A stretch of DNA of 64,000 nucleotides, from the IMG/VR virus record IMGVR_UViG_3300026518_000008, positions 1 through 64,000 of that record. One strand, written 5' to 3'. The position numbers and the translations under genes are program-made. Of this stretch, positions 59,098-64,000 are shown one piece after another; the stretch's first letter is position 1, and each line of letters starts with the position of its first letter. This DNA is from a virus. The notes beneath the pieces were generated by a model. That model had not been told where the DNA came from. It made no database searches and saw only the letters and a program-made list of their open reading frames with translations.

Positions 59098-59453
59098 TTA
59101 TATACAGACACATTCGTAGAAAGAGTTGTGATTTTTTCGACACAAAAGAGTATACGATTGCAGCAGAACTTAGAGACGGAGCATACTATATCGGCATTGC
59201 TACATGTTCACCACGAGATACATATTGCAAAAAAACTGGACGAGAGATTGCTAGATCTAGACTTAAGTCATCAGAGCAGAAGATCACACTTGATGACCTC
59301 AAATTGGAGGTAGATATTTCAGAGTGCAATATATTTACACATGAGTATACCAGCAATTTCATTGGATCACTATCTATAGAGGATTTCTCTATACACCATG
59401 TCTTATCACTTGCTCATGATACATTTATTGATAACAACAGTAGTGTATTATGA
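59094..59453 (+). CDS. hypothetical phage protein
   Basis: GIATCSPRDTYCKKTGREIARSR. Confidence 0.65.
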   Translation: MIIYRHIRRKSCDFFDTKEYTIAAELRDGAYYIGIATCSPRDTYCKKTGREIARSRLKSSEQKITLDDLKLEVDISECNIFTHEYTSNFIGSLSIEDFSIHHVLSLAHDTFIDNNSSVL

Positions 59454-60346
59454 AAAAACCTATAAACAATTATGAGACAGGAGATGGTATCATTCCAGAT
59501 GGAATGATAAAACTAAGTCCTTCAAGATTTGAGAGATTCTTCTCGAAACCACATGAGTGGTTCAGAGAATTGATCATGCAGGAGGGTGGGTTCGATGGTA
59601 ATTCTGGGTCCAACATTGGGAATATTATCCATGCTACTGCAGAGGCAGAGGCTACAGGTCAGACACTTACTGATGACGAGATTCAGGAGTTCATAGACAG
59701 CTTGCCAGAGTTAGTTGACGAGAAACATCCATGGATGAATCTTGAGCATCATGTCATTAGAGCAGCTTATCCAGACATGCAGGAGCTTATTCGCGAGTTT
59801 GTAAGAGAGAATCTACCTACATCTACAGAGGGATATATCTGGAGACAGATTACTCCACGAATTGTAGTTGCTGGTTCTTACGATGCATACAGAGTGAATC
59901 CTATGACAGGAAATTATATTGTGACCGACTACAAGACTACTGGAGAGAAATTACCTCCGAAGTCAATGAGTTACTCTCACAAATTGCAGCTTTATATGTA
60001 TGCTTGGATGCTTCGCAAACAGGGCATTATGGTAGACGCTATCGAAATAGTATATATTACTAGATTCCATTCAGGGGCACCAGCTAAAATTTCAGAGAAG
60101 ACAGGGAAACTTGGAAAGCCTGGAAGAGATTATCCAGCTACGCTTACACCGATTATGTACGAATTTACAGACAGAGATATGACTTTTATATCTGACTTGA
60201 TAAAACTTGGAGCTGAGTCACTTGAGTATTTCATTGATCATCCAGAGGCAGCATACATTATTTTTCGAGACTACCGTCTCAAAGGAACAGACTTCTCCAG
60301 ATACTTGACAGATATAGTGGACGGCGGAGTTTACGACGATTTTTAG
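59450..60346 (+). CDS. PD-(D/E)XK exonuclease
   Basis: LSPS, GNIIH, E, GSYDA, VTDYKT, QLYMY. Confidence 0.85.
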   Translation: MKKPINNYETGDGIIPDGMIKLSPSRFERFFSKPHEWFRELIMQEGGFDGNSGSNIGNIIHATAEAEATGQTLTDDEIQEFIDSLPELVDEKHPWMNLEHHVIRAAYPDMQELIREFVRENLPTSTEGYIWRQITPRIVVAGSYDAYRVNPMTGNYIVTDYKTTGEKLPPKSMSYSHKLQLYMYAWMLRKQGIMVDAIEIVYITRFHSGAPAKISEKTGKLGKPGRDYPATLTPIMYEFTDRDMTFISDLIKLGAESLEYFIDHPEAAYIIFRDYRLKGTDFSRYLTDIVDGGVYDDF

Positions 60347-60356
60347 AGGAGACATT

Positions 60357-61091
60357 ATGTCAGACACATCAGATATATATAAGAGTAGCTTTGAAGGACT
60401 ATTTCATTTACCACAGGCACCAAATGAAAAGATTCTTCTAGCTTCTGAACTAGGATCAGAGCTTCTTGTCTCATATTTACGCAGAACCAGCGGAGGGGAA
60501 TATTTACAACATTTCTCAGACATGTTTACACAAGTTTTGAGAAATGCTACTGGATATAATTGCTCATGGTTTTCAACTAAGCTAGAGAATGGTTGGGATA
60601 TTCAGTCAGAGATCAGTTACCTAAATCACGATGAAAAAGTTGCATGCCTTTCAATTGTACTATCCACGAATCGTATACTTGAGCTTCAGAAGGCAGATAC
60701 ATCTCATCCCCTGGTTCTGGAGTTATCAGTAATGAGATACATAGCTGACAAATATAAGACTACAAATTCATCAGTGTACAAATTCATCATCATAGCTTTT
60801 GATAGACTATATACTGATTACAAATCTATGCCTACTCAGGCTATCACATATATAGAGCCAGAGTTACTTAGTATTGCAGAGACAGAGAATAGACTCATTG
60901 AGTATACTGACCAACTTCAACACTACATTGATACATGCACACTTCCACCTCGTTGCACAGATATCAAATGGCATAGACGTCGAGGGAAATCCATCAATAT
61001 GACTTGTCAGAGATGTCCAGTCAGGAATTCATGTCCGCATACGAATTCATTTACACACACCAATGCTACATTGGATAATATTATTTTTTAG
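60357..61091 (+). CDS. Cas4/PD-(D/E)XK-like protein with C-terminal Cys cluster, catalytic motif degenerate
   Basis: LPPRC...TCQRCPVRNSCPH. Confidence 0.5.
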   Translation: MSDTSDIYKSSFEGLFHLPQAPNEKILLASELGSELLVSYLRRTSGGEYLQHFSDMFTQVLRNATGYNCSWFSTKLENGWDIQSEISYLNHDEKVACLSIVLSTNRILELQKADTSHPLVLELSVMRYIADKYKTTNSSVYKFIIIAFDRLYTDYKSMPTQAITYIEPELLSIAETENRLIEYTDQLQHYIDTCTLPPRCTDIKWHRRRGKSINMTCQRCPVRNSCPHTNSFTHTNATLDNIIF

Positions 61092-61102
61092 GGAGATCCA
61101 TT

Positions 61103-61510
61103 ATGGACCAATTACCAGAACATGTACTAAAGAACAAAGAGAGACAGAAATTTGACTCAGTAAAACACAAGATTCGCATTATGCAGGCTTTCGTTGATGG
61201 CAGGCATATTATTTGCAAATCTAGAGAGACTCTTGAGTCATCTCCAGACAGAACACCATCATGGAATTGGGAGACGCATTCATATATGATTGCACACGAC
61301 AACTACTCTCCGAGAGGCACTATTTACCCTACCGATTATGATACTCCAGAACCAGTGGTGATGGATCTTGACCAGAGATATGAGCTTCCAGATGAGTTAC
61401 CTGTTGTTTCTTCATCTAAGACATTGGATGAGAGATTTGCAGAGATTGATAGAGAGTACAATTCTAGACAGATTGGATTCTGGTCTACAGTTAGATCATT
61501 TTTTTCATAG
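61103..61510 (+). CDS. hypothetical phage protein
   Basis: IRIMQAFVDGRHI...PSWNWE..Y. Confidence 0.65.
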   Translation: MDQLPEHVLKNKERQKFDSVKHKIRIMQAFVDGRHIICKSRETLESSPDRTPSWNWETHSYMIAHDNYSPRGTIYPTDYDTPEPVVMDLDQRYELPDELPVVSSSKTLDERFAEIDREYNSRQIGFWSTVRSFFS

Positions 61511-61519
61511 GAGACTCAT

Positions 61520-64000
61520 ATGAGCACTTTTACTTTACGTCCTCACCAGCAACATGCTGTAGATGAAACAATTGCAGAACTTGCATTTGGATCATCTGAG
61601 GTAGTTATTGATGCACCGACATCTTTTGGGAAAGAGCAACCATATACAGAGCCTGTTCTTACTCCAGATGGATTTATCCCGATGGGTCAGCTTTCAGTTG
61701 GCAGCAGGGTTATTGGTTCAGATGGGCAGCCAATCCTTATCACTCATATACATGAGCAGGGATGGAAAGATGTGTACGAGATATCATTTCGAGACGGTAG
61801 CTCAGTACGTTGTGGACTTGATCATTTATGGAGAATATCTAAATATGAGAAGAGACAGCAGGATGGCATTTCAGAGTCATATTTGAAGTATGACACGAAA
61901 TCTATTTCAGAATTGTTGAATTATTCAGAGAATTCCCAGCGTAGATTTTTTGTAGATTTACCTTCTCCTGTTCTCACTGGGCACAGTGATTTACCTATTG
62001 ACCCATATGCACTTGGATTATTGCTTGGAGATGGATCTTTTACATGTAGCACTATTGGTTTCTCAAATAGAGATGAGCATATCATAGATGCACTTTTTGA
62101 TGCTATTCCTTCCAGAGACAAACTTGGATATATAGGTTTTAGAGACGATGGATCTAAGGTTGATATGAATATTATCAGCAGAACATCTGGAAAGACCAGG
62201 AGCGATACTTCACTTATTCTTGAGTCACTAGAATTGCTTGGAAAGAAGTCTACAGAGAAATTTATTCCAAATCAGTATATGACCTCTTCATATATAGATC
62301 GTATGAAATTACTACAGGGTCTTATTGATACAGATGGCCACTGGCAGACAGGCACTCTGAATGAATATTCATCTTCGTCTAGAGAGCTTGCATATGGAGT
62401 AGTTGATCTAGCTAGAAGTCTTGGCATATATGTTACTATATCAGACAGAATCCCGGTCTTTAAAGATACGAATGGACAGAAAAAGAATGGTTCTAGAAAT
62501 TATAGAGTATTTTTAAATTTTGCTCGAACCAAGAAATCTATTATATCTATTAGATCGTTAGGATACAGAGAGAATAGTAGATGTATTACAGTGGATAGCA
62601 CAGATCACCTATATATCACTAAAGATTTCACACTTACCCACAACTCGTCAGTAATTGCTGGACTTTGTCGAGATATGGATGCAGAGGATATAGTTATCCT
62701 TGTCAATATTACAGAGCTTATAGATCAGATAGCTGAGCACTTAGATTATTTAGGACTGAGTTATTCTATCTTGAAGGCTGGACGAGAGTCAGAGTTTGTA
62801 CACGGATCACGTATACATATTGCTATGTCTCAAACATTGTTTTCACGCATTGACAAGATTGACTTATCTTGTGATGTCATCATACAGGATGAGGTTCACA
62901 AGGAGTTTTCTACGAATCGCACGCAGACTATTCTTGACAAATTACAGCCTGATTCTCGTATTGGATTATCAGCTACACCATACGATGCCAAGAATTTCAA
63001 ACTTGGAGATTCTACTATTATACAGACATTATCTGTTCAACAGTTGCAGGATGATGGATATTTAACACCAGTAAGATATTTTATTCCTAAATGGTCAGAG
63101 CAGGTTGATTATTCGTCAGTTAAATCCACAGGAGCAGACTATACTATATCAAAACTAGATGAGAAAATTGCTACTCATCAGCATATAGAGCAGTCATTAC
63201 GTTCTATGAACTTACTCGATGCAAAATCGAAGAAAACTATTGTCTTCTGTTCATCTATAGAACAGTGTGAGTTAGTTACAGCAGCCATGAGAGCAGATGG
63301 ATATGCAGTTGAGCAGGTTCACTCTAAACAGAGCAAACAGGACAATGAGAATATCATTTCAGCTTTCAGAGATTGCACATTATATACACCTGGAGTTAAG
63401 GCCAGACAAAATGATGCAGAGCGAACACTATTTGAACAGGATAACATTCACTCTGGTTCTGAGGTGTCAGCACTAGTATCAGTGTCAAAACTTTCTACAG
63501 GTTTCGATGTCAAGGATATTCAGCTTGGAGTATTGATGAGACCTACTAAGGTATTATCTCTATTTATCCAGCAGGTAGGTAGGCTAATTCGTACAGCACC
63601 AGGAAAAAAATATGCAGAATTATTAGATCTTGCTCAATGTACATCCAGATTTGGATTTCACACGACACAGTTTACTCCGCTGGAGCATTCTGGAAACATA
63701 GATCTTGATAGAACACGCAAATTATTATCTGACTCAGAGATGGAACTCAAACATCTTGCTCAGACTCTACCAGATGATGGAGATGAGTTACAGGAATTTG
63801 ATTTTGAGAAATACGCACTCAGTATTCAGAAACTAGCTGCCAAAGAGAAATTGCTTCTTGAGAAAAAGAACGATATAACTACTTGGACTATGAAAGAGTT
63901 AGCCTCAACTTATGACTACACTGATAATATACAAACAGTAATTGCTATTGGTGCAGAGATTTATACACGCAAGTTTGGATCTCCTATATCTAAGAAGGGA
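61520..64000 (+). CDS. SF2 DExH helicase with intein (3' end beyond the window)
   Basis: manual translation LRPHQ, APTSFGK|S, IIQDEVH, GLSATP, STGFDV, QQVGRLIR. Confidence 0.9.
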   Translation, partial: MSTFTLRPHQQHAVDETIAELAFGSSEVVIDAPTSFGKEQPYTEPVLTPDGFIPMGQLSVGSRVIGSDGQPILITHIHEQGWKDVYEISFRDGSSVRCGLDHLWRISKYEKRQQDGISESYLKYDTKSISELLNYSENSQRRFFVDLPSPVLTGHSDLPIDPYALGLLLGDGSFTCSTIGFSNRDEHIIDALFDAIPSRDKLGYIGFRDDGSKVDMNIISRTSGKTRSDTSLILESLELLGKKSTEKFIPNQYMTSSYIDRMKLLQGLIDTDGHWQTGTLNEYSSSSRELAYGVVDLARSLGIYVTISDRIPVFKDTNGQKKNGSRNYRVFLNFARTKKSIISIRSLGYRENSRCITVDSTDHLYITKDFTLTHNSSVIAGLCRDMDAEDIVILVNITELIDQIAEHLDYLGLSYSILKAGRESEFVHGSRIHIAMSQTLFSRIDKIDLSCDVIIQDEVHKEFSTNRTQTILDKLQPDSRIGLSATPYDAKNFKLGDSTIIQTLSVQQLQDDGYLTPVRYFIPKWSEQVDYSSVKSTGADYTISKLDEKIATHQHIEQSLRSMNLLDAKSKKTIVFCSSIEQCELVTAAMRADGYAVEQVHSKQSKQDNENIISAFRDCTLYTPGVKARQNDAERTLFEQDNIHSGSEVSALVSVSKLSTGFDVKDIQLGVLMRPTKVLSLFIQQVGRLIRTAPGKKYAELLDLAQCTSRFGFHTTQFTPLEHSGNIDLDRTRKLLSDSEMELKHLAQTLPDDGDELQEFDFEKYALSIQKLAAKEKLLLEKKNDITTWTMKELASTYDYTDNIQTVIAIGAEIYTRKFGSPISKKG
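61634..62644 (+). mobile_element. intein (337 aa) with LAGLIDADG endonuclease, class 3 signature
   Basis: inserted in Walker A GK|S; starts EQP; DHLW, RCITV, THN|S; LGLLLGDG and LQGLIDTDG. Confidence 0.9.

Noticed and set aside
61608-63065. ORF-track calls 61608-61886, 61921-62121, 62796-63065
   Set aside because: They lie out of frame or antisense within the helicase-intein ORF starting at 61520, which the track omits, probably because it has no stop in the window
1-64000. Active DGR (TR and reverse transcriptase), Ro60/TROVE, virion RNAP, integrase
   Set aside because: No ORF with these motifs and no second VR copy found in this window; they may lie outside it
1-64000. Amber (TAG) recoding
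   Set aside because: Long genes are intact in the standard code and many end in TAG; only one small ORF has an internal TAG

Overview
64 kb of an AT-rich tailed-phage genome with an N4-like (Schitoviridae-type) virion module. No host genes or integrase are visible. The left arm (1-32.4 kb, mostly minus strand) holds tail proteins, gp56-type major capsid, scaffold, portal, lysis cassette, several receptor-binding proteins, terminase, three tRNAs and an RHH/wHTH gene pair beside a palindromic repeat array. The right arm (33-64 kb, plus strand) holds small early genes, a single-chain T7-type RNA polymerase, ThyX, an E1-E2-JAB cluster, RtcB, rIIA/rIIB, PD-(D/E)XK nucleases and an intein-containing SF2 helicase. 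Best candidate for a new system: a ~1.25 kb non-coding locus directly upstream of rtcB, with a ~435 nt structured RNA and an array of non-canonical tRNA-like elements. Two of these are circularly permuted tRNAs (3' half with NCCA first, perfectly complementary 5' half later, break in the anticodon loop), and one has another tRNA-like element nested in its linker. Also notable: about 50 copies of the octamer AGAACCAG in both orientations and several reading frames; a frozen DGR remnant (Mtd-like target with VR, internally deleted Avd fused to an HNH, no TR/RT in the window); and a phage ubiquitin-like conjugation triad with no evident Ubl. Protein calls rest on motifs recognised by eye and RNA structures on manual pairing. 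No searches were run.
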